From Mucisphaera calidilacus (GTDB lineage: Bacteria > Planctomycetota > Phycisphaerae > Phycisphaerales > Phycisphaeraceae), in NCBI RefSeq assembly GCF_007748075.1, contig NZ_CP036280.1, forward strand, positions 360,001-392,000: a stretch of 32,000 nt of DNA, read 5' to 3'; not shown here. Below are more notes on the stretch, generated by a model. It was not told the origin of the DNA. It was given only the letters and a program-made list of their open reading frames with translations, and did not search any database. How positions within the stretch are numbered: position 1 is the first letter of the stretch.

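Noticed and set aside
1-32000. Search for tRNA/rRNA genes, transposases or integrases, inverted terminal repeats and defence-system genes.
   Set aside because: None were recognisable. The only non-coding stretches (2022-2168, 3009-3128, 4491-5149) lack tRNA-like T-arm or acceptor features. No ORF has transposase, integrase or nuclease motifs.

Overview
High-GC bacterial window, probably Planctomycetota, judged from a PEP-CTERM protein plus an LEPRxLL N-terminal motif. Nt 1-4490 carry four ordinary genes. These are the 3' end of a PEP-CTERM-anchored protein, a DegT/DnrJ/EryC1-family PLP aminotransferase whose GTG start overlaps the upstream stop (GTGA), and a divergent pair of an AraC-family regulator and a fucose/arabinose-isomerase-like enzyme. 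A 660-nt non-coding spacer follows and holds the only AT-rich patch in the window. One + strand frame (frame 2) then opens at ATG 5150 and is still open at nt 32000, giving at least 8,950 codons of a single giant, very acidic, apparently Cys-free surface-protein gene. This ORF is absent from the supplied ORF track because it has no stop in the window. Essentially every long track ORF between 5.2 and 32 kb is an antisense or off-frame shadow of it. Manual translation gives this architecture: Arg-rich leader with LEPRLLLSA; junction element; ~1,700 aa of degenerate 'DL-V-D-A-G-L-I-T-x-x-D-L' short repeats; ~1,250-aa module A; a second junction; a shorter array of the same repeats; paralogous module A'; internal RTX GGxGxD block; beta-helix-like tract; ~12 tandem copies of an unrecognised ~110-160 aa domain each ending in 'LLGL'; more beta-helix-like tracts; and a YD-like hairpin-repeat patch. 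Synonymous codon choice shifts strongly along the gene, from mixed G3/C3 at the 5' end to >80% C3 at the 3' end. I saw no rRNA, tRNA, CRISPR array or mobile element.
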